DNA from: Clostridia bacterium
GTDB taxonomy: Bacteria > Bacillota > Clostridia > Oscillospirales > UBA644
DNA: 64,000 bases
Direction: 5' to 3'
Assembly: GCA_017623595.1 (NCBI GenBank)
Contig: JAGAOU010000044.1
Location: 68,914-132,913, forward strand
Part shown: positions 44,668-53,665 of the stretch, piece by piece
Layout of the letters: each line of letters starts with the position of its first letter
Numbering within the stretch: position 1 is the first letter of the stretch
Notes under the pieces: generated by a model
Databases searched by the model: none
What the model saw: the letters and a program-made list of their open reading frames with translations, nothing else
What the model was told of the DNA's origin: nothing
Made by a program: the position numbers and the translations under genes

Positions 44668-46254
44668 ATGCCCCAGAGGAATACCTCGGAGAAACGGGAC
44701 GGTTTTTCCCTCAGTTCTTTGTTCCGTTTCCGTTTCTTCCGTCGCTTGCGCCGTCGGTACTATGGGCTGCGCCGCCGCAAAATGCGGGCGCACTATGAAA
44801 AGTTCCGTCATATGACCGTGCGCAATACCTCGCCCTTTTATCGCTTTCTGCTGCTCTTCCGTCGGGGATTTCATGCCGTGCGGACGAGAGTTTCTTTGGT
44901 TATGTCCTTTTTGTCTCCCGTCTTCTTTCCCCTGTTGGGGGCATGTCTTGTGCTCTGCTCCCTTTGGTTCTTTTCCAACTACTCCGTGGCTCTTGCCGTG
45001 GAGGTGGACGGAGAATTGATCGGTTATGTGGAAGACTCCGAGGATTATACCCGCATCAACGATATGGTTGAGACCCGCGTGAAAAACGAAAGTGTTTTCC
45101 AAACGGGCGCTGAGATGTATCTGATTGAAGCCTTTCCCACCCTGCGATATGCCATTGTTGCCAACGATCAGTTTACCTCCGAGGAGGATATTTTCTCTGC
45201 CCTTTATACCATGGCTTCCGAGTATACTCGCCGTTCCTACGGCCTTTTCCTGGACGGTGAATTGGTTGCCACCAGCCGTGACCGTGCGGTTCTCGACCGT
45301 GTGATCGATGAGGTTATGGAGGCATATGCCATGAGCGAGGAGGACAGTCTGGAAATCCTCAATTACGTTGAAATCATCCGTGGCGAATACGATGCTTCCT
45401 ACGACCTGGGCTACGCCCGTATTCTCGGTCAGTTCAAGACCGGTGCAAATCTGAAAACCTATACCGTCCAATCCAAGGATACCCTGGAATCTATTTCCGA
45501 GCGCTCCGGAGTCAGCGTGCCTGTGTTGCGTCTTCTCAACGATATGTCTCCCGACCAGCAGGTGAAGACAGGGCAGACCATCCTTTATGGCAAGCCCTAT
45601 CTCCAGCTGACCGTGAAAAACACCCTCACCGTCTCCCATACCGAGACCGAAGCCTATAAGACAGAATATGTTTATTCCGCCGACTATTGGGAGGGCACCT
45701 CCGTGGTTCTGCGCAGTGGCTCCGAAGGGGTGTATGAGGTTATCTCCAACAACGTTTATGTCAACGGACAGGCTTCCTCCTCGGCCCTTGTTGCCCGCAA
45801 TAAAATCAAAGATTCGGTCTCCCGTCAGATTTTGATCGGAACCAAGACCATTGCTCCTTCCGGGCATTTCATTTTCCCGTTGAAATCTTATCAGTTCATT
45901 TCCTCCCGTTTTGGCTGGCGTTGGTTGCGCGGACAACGTAACTACCATCGCGGTCTGGATATCGCCGCCTCCCGAGGGACCTCCATCTATGCCGCCGATG
46001 CCGGCACTGTGGTGGACGTTGGGTATGAAAGCGGCGGTCTTGGCTATTTTGTTAAGATCGACCATGGCAACGGGATTCAGACTGTCTACGGTCACTGCAT
46101 GAAGCTTCCCCACGTCAAAAAAGGGCAGAAGGTCCATCAAGGGCAGGTCATTGCCTACGTGGGCAGCACCGGTAACAGTACAGGGAACCATCTCCATTTC
46201 GGTGTTTACAACAAATCCTCCGGCTCTTATCTCGATCCGGAAAAATACATATAA
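44668..46254 (+). CDS. M23 family metallopeptidase with TM anchor and LysM domain
   Basis: ATG 44668 after GAAGGAGG. TM helix; LysM (YTVQSKDTLESISERSGVSVPVLRLLN); M23 motifs HRGLDIA and GNHLHFGV. Confidence 0.85.
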   Translation: MPQRNTSEKRDGFSLSSLFRFRFFRRLRRRYYGLRRRKMRAHYEKFRHMTVRNTSPFYRFLLLFRRGFHAVRTRVSLVMSFLSPVFFPLLGACLVLCSLWFFSNYSVALAVEVDGELIGYVEDSEDYTRINDMVETRVKNESVFQTGAEMYLIEAFPTLRYAIVANDQFTSEEDIFSALYTMASEYTRRSYGLFLDGELVATSRDRAVLDRVIDEVMEAYAMSEEDSLEILNYVEIIRGEYDASYDLGYARILGQFKTGANLKTYTVQSKDTLESISERSGVSVPVLRLLNDMSPDQQVKTGQTILYGKPYLQLTVKNTLTVSHTETEAYKTEYVYSADYWEGTSVVLRSGSEGVYEVISNNVYVNGQASSSALVARNKIKDSVSRQILIGTKTIAPSGHFIFPLKSYQFISSRFGWRWLRGQRNYHRGLDIAASRGTSIYAADAGTVVDVGYESGGLGYFVKIDHGNGIQTVYGHCMKLPHVKKGQKVHQGQVIAYVGSTGNSTGNHLHFGVYNKSSGSYLDPEKYI

Positions 46255-46278
46255 CAACAAACATTTGAGGTGTTCATT

Positions 46279-47580
46279 TTGGAAAAGTTTATCATTCACG
46301 GCGGCCATCCGTTAGAGGGTGTCGTGACGGTCAGCGGATGTAAGAACTCCGCCGTGGGAATCATTCCCGCGACCGTGCTCGTAAACGGTCCCTGTATTTT
46401 GGACAATGTTCCCGAAATCAGTGACGTATTCCTGTTGTTTGACATTCTGCGCTCCTTCGGCGCAGAGGTAACTCGGCTGGAAAAATCCACCTATCGCATC
46501 AATTGTGCCTCGCTGAAGGCTCCCATCGTTGCCGATCAGCCTGCGGTGCGCAAAATGCGTGCGTCCTATTATCTGATCGGTGCTCTTCTCGGGCGCTTCG
46601 GTAAGGCCAAGGTTGGACTCCCCGGTGGGTGCGATTTCGGCTCCCGTCCCATCGACCAGCACATCAAGGGCTTTGAATCCATGGGGGCGAAGGTCACCGT
46701 GGATCTGGACGAATGTAACGTGGTTGCTGAGTCCGATGGGCTGAAGCCCGCTTCTGTTTATTTCGATATCGTCAGCGTCGGTGCTACCATCAACGTCATG
46801 CTGGCCGCGGTGGGTGTTCCCGGACGTGTGACCATTGAAAACGCCGCAAAAGAGCCCCATATCGTTGATATTGCAAACTTCCTCAATGCCATGGGTGCCG
46901 ACATCAAGGGGGCAGGCACCAACGTGATCCGCGTCAATGGCGGTCGTGAACTGCGGGGCGGACGGTATGAGGTTCTGCCCGATCAGATTGAAGCAGGGAC
47001 CTATATGGTGGCGGCAGCGGTTGCAGGCGGCAGGGTAGAGGTCCGTAATGTGATTCCCAAGCATATGGAATCCATCTCCGCAAAGCTGGAGGAGGCGGGC
47101 ATCGGCATCGAGGAACTGGATGATTCCATCATCGTTACCCGTTTTGACCGCCCGAGCCGTATTAACATCAAAACACAGCCCTATCCCGGCTTCCCTACCG
47201 ATATGCAGCCTCAGTTTGCTACTATGCTTACTACTTCGGCAGGTACCTCTGTGATCACCGAGGGAATTTACAATCAGCGCTTCCGTTATGCGGCAGAATT
47301 GCGTAAGATGGGCGCAAAGATAGAAGTGGACGGCAACGTGTGCGTTATCGACGGTGTGGATCAGCTGAAGGGCGCAAAGGTGCGAGCCTGCGATCTGCGC
47401 GCCGGTGTTTCCATGGTTCTTGCGGGGCTTGCCGCGGAAGGAACTACCGAGGTTTTGGATATTCATCATATCGAACGTGGTTATGAGGGCCTTGTGGACA
47501 AGCTTCGTGCCCTTGGTGCCGATATCGATAAGGTGGATGACGGTGTTCCCGCATCCTATTCTCCGGAGATCTCGCAGTGA
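46279..47580 (+). CDS. murA: UDP-N-acetylglucosamine 1-carboxyvinyltransferase
   Basis: (M)EKFIIHGGHPLEGVVTVSGCKNSAV..., the LPGGCDFGSRPID active-site Cys loop. TTG 46279 is 8 nt after GAGG (GTG 46270 is the alternative). Confidence 0.9.
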   Translation: MEKFIIHGGHPLEGVVTVSGCKNSAVGIIPATVLVNGPCILDNVPEISDVFLLFDILRSFGAEVTRLEKSTYRINCASLKAPIVADQPAVRKMRASYYLIGALLGRFGKAKVGLPGGCDFGSRPIDQHIKGFESMGAKVTVDLDECNVVAESDGLKPASVYFDIVSVGATINVMLAAVGVPGRVTIENAAKEPHIVDIANFLNAMGADIKGAGTNVIRVNGGRELRGGRYEVLPDQIEAGTYMVAAAVAGGRVEVRNVIPKHMESISAKLEEAGIGIEELDDSIIVTRFDRPSRINIKTQPYPGFPTDMQPQFATMLTTSAGTSVITEGIYNQRFRYAAELRKMGAKIEVDGNVCVIDGVDQLKGAKVRACDLRAGVSMVLAGLAAEGTTEVLDIHHIERGYEGLVDKLRALGADIDKVDDGVPASYSPEISQ

Positions 47581-48374
47581 GTGGGTTGAAGCTCTGTACG
47601 CTGGTCAGCGGAAGCAGTGCAAACTGTACTTACGTGGAATCTGAGGGCTGTGGGCTTCTTATTGATGCCGGGGCCGGAATTCGTCGGACCGAAGCTCTGT
47701 TGCAATCGGTGGATTCCTCCCTTTCCAAGGTTCGGGGAATCTTTATTACGCATGAGCACTCCGATCATATTTCGGGTCTGAAGACCATTCTGAAAAAGCA
47801 TCGGATTCCCATTCTTGCCAACGAAAAGACCCTTTATGAGATTTCTCTTGCCTATCCCGAAATTTCCCCCGATCTCTTTTGTACCCTTCCCACGGGAGGG
47901 GATGCGAAGAACGATTTCTTTTCGGTTTCCTCCTTTCCTTGCATGCATGACTCTGCGGAATGCGCAGGCTATGTGATTGACACCCCACACGGAAAAGTGG
48001 GTATTGCCACCGACTTGGGACAGGTCACCGATGAGGTGCGCACCGCACTCTCGGGTTGCAAAGCCTTGGTTTTTGAGGCGAACCACGATGCGGATATGCT
48101 CCGCAACGGTCCCTATCCCTTCCCTCTGAAGCAACGCATTGCAGGTCCTTGCGGTCATCTGTCCAATCAGCAAAGCGGAGATGCCTTGACCGAGCTTGTG
48201 CGTGAAGGTGCCGAGCGGGTGTTTCTTGCTCACCTGAGCCGCGAAAACAATACCGAATCTCTTTGTCTTTGCACGGTGGAGAATATTCTGCGCCGCAACG
48301 GAATCGCCTGTGGAAAAGACGTTTCTGTGTCTGTGGCTCCCCGCAATGAACGGTCGGAGGTGTTCGAGATATGA
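47577..48374 (+). CDS. MBL-fold metallo-hydrolase (YycJ/WalJ-like)
   Basis: ITHEHSDHISG motif. GTG start overlaps the murA stop. Confidence 0.8.
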   Translation: MSGLKLCTLVSGSSANCTYVESEGCGLLIDAGAGIRRTEALLQSVDSSLSKVRGIFITHEHSDHISGLKTILKKHRIPILANEKTLYEISLAYPEISPDLFCTLPTGGDAKNDFFSVSSFPCMHDSAECAGYVIDTPHGKVGIATDLGQVTDEVRTALSGCKALVFEANHDADMLRNGPYPFPLKQRIAGPCGHLSNQQSGDALTELVREGAERVFLAHLSRENNTESLCLCTVENILRRNGIACGKDVSVSVAPRNERSEVFEI

Positions 48375-48805
48375 TGACTGTTAAAATCGTCTGTGTCGGA
48401 AATCTGAAAGAGGCTTATTGGCGCCAGGCCTGCGCAGAATACGAAAAACGTCTTTCCGCCTTCTGCAAGCTGAAGCTTGTGGAATTGCCCGAATCCACCC
48501 TTGCTGCGGAAAAGGATGCTATTTTGAAGGAATGTGAAGGCTTTATTATCGCTCTTTGTGTGGAGGGTAAGCCTATGACATCGGAAGGTTTGGCTGATAA
48601 AATCGCCGCTGTTTCCCAGATTTCTTCCAAAATCACCTTTATCATCGGTTCCTCCTGCGGGTTGGATCCTGTTGTGAAGAGTCGCGCGGATCTGAAACTG
48701 TCCTTTTCCTCCTTTACCTTTCCCCACCAGATGATGCGAGTGATTTTGCTGGAACAGATCTATCGGGCCTTTACCATTCAGCGAAATATGACTTATCACA
48801 AATAA
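48371..48805 (+). CDS. rlmH: 23S rRNA (pseudouridine1915-N3)-methyltransferase
   Basis: SPOUT-family pattern: VKIVCVGNLKEAYW ... ITFIIGSSCGL ... LSFSSFTFPHQMMRVILLEQIYRAF. Confidence 0.85.
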   Translation: MMTVKIVCVGNLKEAYWRQACAEYEKRLSAFCKLKLVELPESTLAAEKDAILKECEGFIIALCVEGKPMTSEGLADKIAAVSQISSKITFIIGSSCGLDPVVKSRADLKLSFSSFTFPHQMMRVILLEQIYRAFTIQRNMTYHK

Positions 48806-48842
48806 TTTTGCATATAATATCCAAAAGGAGACCATTATAAAC

Positions 48843-49100
48843 ATGAAAAGTTATGATTACCGCACCCGCGGCGTCTGTTCCCGCGGAATTCATATCGAGG
48901 TCGATGACAACGATGTTATCACCTGTGTCCGTTTCCAGGGCGGTTGCATGGGAAATACCCAAGGCGTTGCCCGCTTGGCAGAGGGGCGTAAGATCGATGA
49001 TGTAATCAACATTGTTAAAGGAATCAACTGCGGTATGAAGGGGACCTCCTGCCCCGATCAGCTGGCACAAGCCCTGGAAGAAATGAAGAAATCTATGTAA
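48843..49100 (+). CDS. TSCPD-domain protein (TIGR03905-like)
   Basis: YRTRGVCSRGIHIEVDDNDVITCVRFQGGCMGNTQG ... GTSCPDQL. Confidence 0.8.
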   Translation: MKSYDYRTRGVCSRGIHIEVDDNDVITCVRFQGGCMGNTQGVARLAEGRKIDDVINIVKGINCGMKGTSCPDQLAQALEEMKKSM

Positions 49101-49128
49101 TCTCACCCCTGCGCATAAGGAGTATATT

Positions 49129-50817
49129 ATGAATCAAGCATTGCAACGTTGGCTCACGTCCCCTGTCGTGGATGCCGACACAAAAGAAGAGCTTTCCGCC
49201 ATCGCTCAGGACGAAAAGGAAGTGCTCAGCCGTTTCGGATCCTCTCTGACCTTCGGAACGGGCGGTATTCGCGGTCTTTTGGGTGCCGGAAGTAACCGCA
49301 TGAATATCTACGTGGTGCGCCATGCCACTCAGGGGCTGGCCGACCTGATCCGAAAGACCGGTGCCGAAGCCTGCCGCCGTGGCGTGATTGTCGGACACGA
49401 CAGCCGCAATTTTTCCCGCGAGTTCGCTTTTGAAGCCTGTCGAGTCCTTGTGGCAAACGGCATTAAGGCCTATCTTTTTGACGAACTTCGCCCCACCCCC
49501 GAGGTTTCCTTTGCCATTCGGGAACTGAATTGTATTGCGGGTATCAATATTACCGCATCTCACAATCCCAAGGAGTACAACGGCTACAAGGTCTATTGGG
49601 AGGACGGTGCACAGTTGGGCCTGGAGCAGGCCGACGTGGTCTACGCATCCATCTGTGCCAAAGATATTTTTGAGGATGTGAAGGTCGCATCCGTTGCACA
49701 GACCGAATCGGAAACCGAGCTTGTTTATAAGGATTTTGATGATAAATTCTTGGCCAATGTTCTGGCTTGCTCCATTGATCCCCAGGTCATTCACCGTCAG
49801 AAGGAAATGACCATCATTTATACGCCCTTCCACGGTACGGGCTATCGCCTTGTCCCCGAGGTTCTGAAACGGGCAGGCTTTGATAATGTAGTCTGTGTTC
49901 CCGAGCAGATGGTTCTTTCCGGTGAATTTCCCACCGTGGAATCGCCTAATCCCGAGAACAAGGAGGGTTTTGCCATCGCCATGAAAATGGCGGACGATCT
50001 TGGAGCTGATTTTATTATCGGCACCGATCCCGATGCTGATCGTGTCGGCGTTATAATTCGCGATAAAAACGGTGATTTTGTGGCTTTGACGGGAAATCAG
50101 ACGGGTGCGCTCCTTCTGGATTATGTTCTCGGCGCCCGTAAGGCAACGGGAAACCTGCCCGTGAATGCCGCCGCCGTCAAATCCATCGTCTCTACCGAAA
50201 TGGCAACTGCCATCTGTAAAAAATACGGCGTTGCTATGATCAATGTGTTGACCGGCTTCAAGTTTATTGGCGAAAAAATCAAGGAATTTGAGGCAGACGG
50301 GAATCACACCTATGTGTTCGGCTTTGAGGAATCCTACGGCTATTTGACCGGAACCTATGCCCGTGACAAGGATGCCGTTGCCGCATCCCTTCTGGTCGCC
50401 GAAATGGCTGCTCATTATCGTGAAAAGGGCATGACTCTGGCTGATGCACTGAATGCTCTCTATGAAGAATACGGATATTACGGTGAAAAAACCGTTTCCA
50501 TTACTATGAAGGGAGTGGACGGAGCCGAAAAAATGAAGGCGCTCATGTCCCGCCTCCGCAATATCCGTCCTCAATCCCTTGCGGGAATTGATGTGGTTCA
50601 GGTATTTGATCTTCAAAATGGTGCAATGGGGCTGCCTGCATCGGATGTTATGTATTACCGCTTGGCCGACGGCTCGGTTTTGGTGGTCCGTCCCTCCGGT
50701 ACCGAACCAAAGGTGAAGTTCTACGTCCTCGTGAAGGGCACATCTTCCACCGACGTAACCGCAAAAATCGACAGCCTGCGCACTGAATTCTTCTCCTTCG
50801 CTGAAATTAACAACTGA
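49129..50817 (+). CDS. phospho-sugar mutase (phosphoglucomutase/phosphomannomutase family)
   Basis: Active-site TASHNPKEYNGYKV; Mg loop GTDPDADR. Confidence 0.9.
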   Translation: MNQALQRWLTSPVVDADTKEELSAIAQDEKEVLSRFGSSLTFGTGGIRGLLGAGSNRMNIYVVRHATQGLADLIRKTGAEACRRGVIVGHDSRNFSREFAFEACRVLVANGIKAYLFDELRPTPEVSFAIRELNCIAGINITASHNPKEYNGYKVYWEDGAQLGLEQADVVYASICAKDIFEDVKVASVAQTESETELVYKDFDDKFLANVLACSIDPQVIHRQKEMTIIYTPFHGTGYRLVPEVLKRAGFDNVVCVPEQMVLSGEFPTVESPNPENKEGFAIAMKMADDLGADFIIGTDPDADRVGVIIRDKNGDFVALTGNQTGALLLDYVLGARKATGNLPVNAAAVKSIVSTEMATAICKKYGVAMINVLTGFKFIGEKIKEFEADGNHTYVFGFEESYGYLTGTYARDKDAVAASLLVAEMAAHYREKGMTLADALNALYEEYGYYGEKTVSITMKGVDGAEKMKALMSRLRNIRPQSLAGIDVVQVFDLQNGAMGLPASDVMYYRLADGSVLVVRPSGTEPKVKFYVLVKGTSSTDVTAKIDSLRTEFFSFAEINN

Positions 50818-50830
50818 CCGATTCTGTTTT

Positions 50831-50859
50831 ATCCACCCGTTCGTTCGGGTGGATTTTTT
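50831..50859 (+). terminator. rho-independent terminator
   Basis: atccacccg-ttcgtt-cgggtggat followed by ttttt. Confidence 0.8.
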
Positions 50860-50907
50860 CTGTCAGAAAAATTGTTCTTCTTTTTTGTGACTTTTTGTGC
50901 GTAGCGA

Positions 50908-50936
50908 TTGACTTTACTAAAATAATAATTTATAAT
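50908..50936 (+). promoter_or_regulatory. promoter of TIM-barrel paralogue 1
   Basis: TTGACT, 17-nt spacer, TATAAT. Preceded by the conserved element TTTTTTGTGACTTTTTGT (50881-50898). Confidence 0.55.
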
Positions 50937-50985
50937 GTAGTCAGAATTGTGGGGGAGATCCCGCAAAATACGGAGGTATATGCTT

Positions 50986-51772
50986 ATGACAGATCGCAGA
51001 ATGTGGAAAACCGGCCTTTCTTTTGGTGCGGTTTCGGAAGAAAAACTTCATAACGCAGCGATTGCAGGTTTGGATCTTGTGGAAATTTCCGGAATTGACG
51101 ATCCTGCAAATTGGTCCAAAATTCCCGAATGGGAAAAGAAAACCGGAGTAAAGGCCTGGTCCTTCCATTTGCCCTTCCGTTGGCCCAACAGACCCCCCTG
51201 TTGCCGATCCCGCAACCTTTGATGCGGAAGAATGGAAGCAGACGTTGGAGCAGGATACAAAGTGGATTGAATGCTGTGGACAGGGCGGCGTAAAGCACAT
51301 GGTTATCCATCCCAGCCTGGAGCCTTACAAGGAAGAAGAGCGAGAAGCCCGCTTGCAGATTGCCATTGAGCATCTGGGGATCCTTTCCGATATTTGTAAA
51401 AAGAACGGTTGTATCCTTTGTGTGGAAAATATTCCCCGTACCTGCCTTGGCCGTGATTCCGGTGAAATGCTTCGTATGATGGAGAGTAATTCTGATCTTC
51501 GTATCTGCTTCGACGTGAACCATCTTTTGAGAGAAGATCACGTTCAGTTTGTCAAAACTGTCGGAAAATATATCGTTACCACTCATATTTCCGACTATGA
51601 CTTCAAGGATGAGAAGCACTGGTTCCCCTTGCAGGGTGAAATCAACTGGAGAGCACTTCAGTCTGCATTGGAATTGGCGGACTACAAGGGTCCCTTCCTT
51701 TATGAAACCATGCCTATGGGGCACACCTGGGCGGACGTGAAGAAGAATCACAATCTGCTCAAGGATCTTTAA
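50986..51772 (+). pseudogene. sugar-phosphate isomerase/epimerase (xylose-isomerase-like TIM barrel), paralogue 1, frameshifted
   Basis: Frame 1 (50986-51222) gives MTDRRMWKTGLSFGAVSEEKL...FHLPFRW, then nonsense and a stop. Frame 2 (open from 51152) continues ...DPPVADPATFDAEEWKQTLEQDTKWIECCGQGGVKHMVIHPS... to 51772. Both halves are colinear with paralogues 2-4. The shift is probably in the CCC at 51184-86 or the C6 run at 51193-98. Confidence 0.75.
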
Positions 51773-51783
51773 TTTGTTCTGCA

Positions 51784-51811
51784 GCGTCGGTCGGAAACGG
51801 CCGACGCTTTT
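51784..51811 (+). terminator. rho-independent terminator (cassette copy)
   Basis: gcgtcggtcg-gaaa-cggccgacgc followed by tttt; near-identical to 52714-52743. Confidence 0.75.
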
Positions 51812-51845
51812 CTATTGCTTTTTTATGACTTTTTGTGAGAAACCA

Positions 51846-51874
51846 TTGACAAATCCCTCTTTTTTCTCTATAAT
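51846..51874 (+). promoter_or_regulatory. promoter of paralogue 2
   Basis: TTGACA, 17-nt spacer, TATAAT. Upstream conserved element TTTTTTATGACTTTTTGT at 51819-51836. Confidence 0.6.
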
Positions 51875-51886
51875 GAAGGCAAATAA

Positions 51887-51905
51887 AAACCGAGAAAATC
51901 GGTTT
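51887..51905 (+). promoter_or_regulatory. conserved leader hairpin just 5' of the RBS (paralogue 2)
   Basis: aaaccga-gaaaa-tcggttt, identical to 52818-52836; GGAGG follows 3 nt later. Confidence 0.5.
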
Positions 51906-51920
51906 GTGGAGGTATATATT

Positions 51921-52703
51921 ATGACCGATCGTAAAATGTGGAAATCTGGCCTTTCCATCGGCCAGTTGTCCGAGGCGGCGCTGGAGCGTGCCGCAGCTGC
52001 GGGGCTGGATTTGGTTGAAATCGGCGGAATTGATGATGTTGCTAACTGGGAAAAGGTTCCCGAATGGGAGAAGAAGACCGGCGTAAAGGTTTGGTCTTTC
52101 CATCTTCCTTTCCGTTGGTGGGGAGACCGTTGGGCGGATCCCACAGCAACAGACCCTGAAAGATGGCAGCAAACCTTGGATTGGGATGTTCCCTTGATCG
52201 AAGGTTGCGGCAAGGCGGGAATTAAGCATATTGTCATCCATCCCAGCCGCGAACCTTTCAAGGATGAAGAACGTGAAACTTATATGCAGGTTGCTATCGA
52301 GCATCTGACCATCCTTTCCGATATCTGTAAGAAGAACGGCTGTATCCTTTGTCTCGAAGACCTTCCCCGTACCTGCCTTGGCCGTGACGGAGATGAAATG
52401 CTCCGCTTTATCGAAGCCATTCCCGATGCTCGTGTTTGCTTTGACGTGAATCATCTTTTGCGGGATACGCATGTCGATTTTGTTAAGAAGGTCGGCAAAT
52501 ACATTGTCACCACCCACATTTCCGACTATGATTTCATCGATGAAAAGCATTGGTTCCCCCTGCAGGGTGAAATCAACTGGAGAGAACTGCAATCCGCTTT
52601 GGAATTGGCCGATTATAAAGGACCGTTCCTTTATGAAACCATGCCCATGGGCTTCACCTGGGCAGATGTGAAGAAAAATCACAACATGTTGAAAAATCTT
52701 TAA
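51921..52703 (+). CDS. sugar-phosphate isomerase/epimerase (TIM barrel), paralogue 2
   Basis: ORF 51774..52703 trimmed to ATG 51921 (MTDRKMWKSGLSIG...). Motifs IVIHPS, LCLEDLPRTCLGR, FDVNHLL and THISDYDFIDEKHWFPLQGEINW. Confidence 0.8.
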   Translation: MTDRKMWKSGLSIGQLSEAALERAAAAGLDLVEIGGIDDVANWEKVPEWEKKTGVKVWSFHLPFRWWGDRWADPTATDPERWQQTLDWDVPLIEGCGKAGIKHIVIHPSREPFKDEERETYMQVAIEHLTILSDICKKNGCILCLEDLPRTCLGRDGDEMLRFIEAIPDARVCFDVNHLLRDTHVDFVKKVGKYIVTTHISDYDFIDEKHWFPLQGEINWRELQSALELADYKGPFLYETMPMGFTWADVKKNHNMLKNL

Positions 52704-52713
52704 TTTATCTTGT

Positions 52714-52743
52714 GCGTCGGTCGGAAACGGCCGACGTTTTTTT
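52714..52743 (+). terminator. rho-independent terminator (cassette copy)
   Basis: cgtcggtcg-gaaa-cggccgacg followed by T7. Confidence 0.75.
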
Positions 52744-52777
52744 CTATTGCTTTTTTATGACTTTTTGTTGGAAAGCA

Positions 52778-52806
52778 TTGACAATGCCGACTTTTTTCAC
52801 TATAAT
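52778..52806 (+). promoter_or_regulatory. promoter of paralogues 3-4
   Basis: TTGACA, 17-nt spacer, TATAAT. Upstream conserved element TTTTTTATGACTTTTTGT at 52751-52768. Confidence 0.6.
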
Positions 52807-52817
52807 GAAGACAGAGA

Positions 52818-52836
52818 AAACCGAGAAAATCGGTTT
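52818..52836 (+). promoter_or_regulatory. conserved leader hairpin (paralogue 3)
   Basis: aaaccga-gaaaa-tcggttt, identical to the paralogue-2 leader. Confidence 0.5.
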
Positions 52837-52850
52837 ATGGAGGTATTGTT

Positions 52851-53624
52851 ATGACCGATCGTAAAATGTGGAAAACTGGTCTTTCTTTTGGAGCGGTTTC
52901 CGAAGCGAAATTGAAGAAAGCTGCCATTGACGGACTGGATCTTGTGGAAATCAACGGTATTGACGATCCCGCAAACTGGGAAAAGGTTCCTCAGTGGGAA
53001 AAGAACTTCGGTGTGAAGGTGTGGTCGATCCATTTGCCCTTTGGTCCGGTCTATCCGGACGATCCCGACGATAAGTGGGAGTCCTTTTTGTCCGTTCATA
53101 AAGCGTTGATTGAAGGCGGCGGAATTGCGGGAATTCCTTATATGGTGATTCATGCCAGTGGCGAACATCGGGAGCTTGCTTCTCCCGAAACCCGTGAAAT
53201 TCGTATGCAGAGATCCATTGCCCATCTTTCCGCTTTGTCTGATCTTTGCAAAGCAAACGGCAGTACTCTTTGTGTAGAGGTGTTGCCTCGTACCTGCCTT
53301 GGCAATTGTTCCGATGAGATTCAGCGGATCATGGACAGTAATTCCGATCTGCGTCTCTGCTTTGATGTGAACCACCTTTTGAAGGAAGATCATGTGGAAT
53401 TTGTGAAAAAGGTTGGCAAATATGCAGTTACCACTCATATCTCCGACTATGATTTCATCGATGAAAAGCATTGGTTCCCCCTGCAGGGGCAGATCAACTG
53501 GCGAGCCCTTCAGTCCGCCTTGGAATTGGTCGATTACAAGGGGCCGTTCCTTTATGAAACTATGCCCATGGGCTTTACTTGGGCAGATGTGAAGAAGAAT
53601 CACAATTACTTGAAAAATCTGTAA
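52851..53624 (+). CDS. sugar-phosphate isomerase/epimerase (TIM barrel), paralogue 3
   Basis: MTDRKMWKTGLSFGAVSEAKL..., VIHASGE, LCVEVLPRTCLGN, FDVNHLL and THISDYDFIDEKHWFPLQGQINW. Confidence 0.8.
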   Translation: MTDRKMWKTGLSFGAVSEAKLKKAAIDGLDLVEINGIDDPANWEKVPQWEKNFGVKVWSIHLPFGPVYPDDPDDKWESFLSVHKALIEGGGIAGIPYMVIHASGEHRELASPETREIRMQRSIAHLSALSDLCKANGSTLCVEVLPRTCLGNCSDEIQRIMDSNSDLRLCFDVNHLLKEDHVEFVKKVGKYAVTTHISDYDFIDEKHWFPLQGQINWRALQSALELVDYKGPFLYETMPMGFTWADVKKNHNYLKNL

Positions 53625-53665
53625 TTTATTCGTAACTGAGCGTAATTTTAATAGGAGTATTTGTT

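Noticed and set aside
50860-52850. Repeated intergenic blocks that at first glance could be a repeat-spacer (CRISPR-like) array
   Set aside because: The repeats are about 100-nt terminator + promoter + leader cassettes, separated by ~780-nt homologous protein-coding genes rather than short unique spacers. There are no cas genes in the window.
51048-53256. Minus-strand ORFs across the TIM-barrel array (50984-51751, 51759-52682, 52800-53603, 53648-54508)
   Set aside because: They are mirror images of the four paralogous plus-strand genes and repeat with them. The promoters, RBSs and terminators are all oriented for the plus strand.
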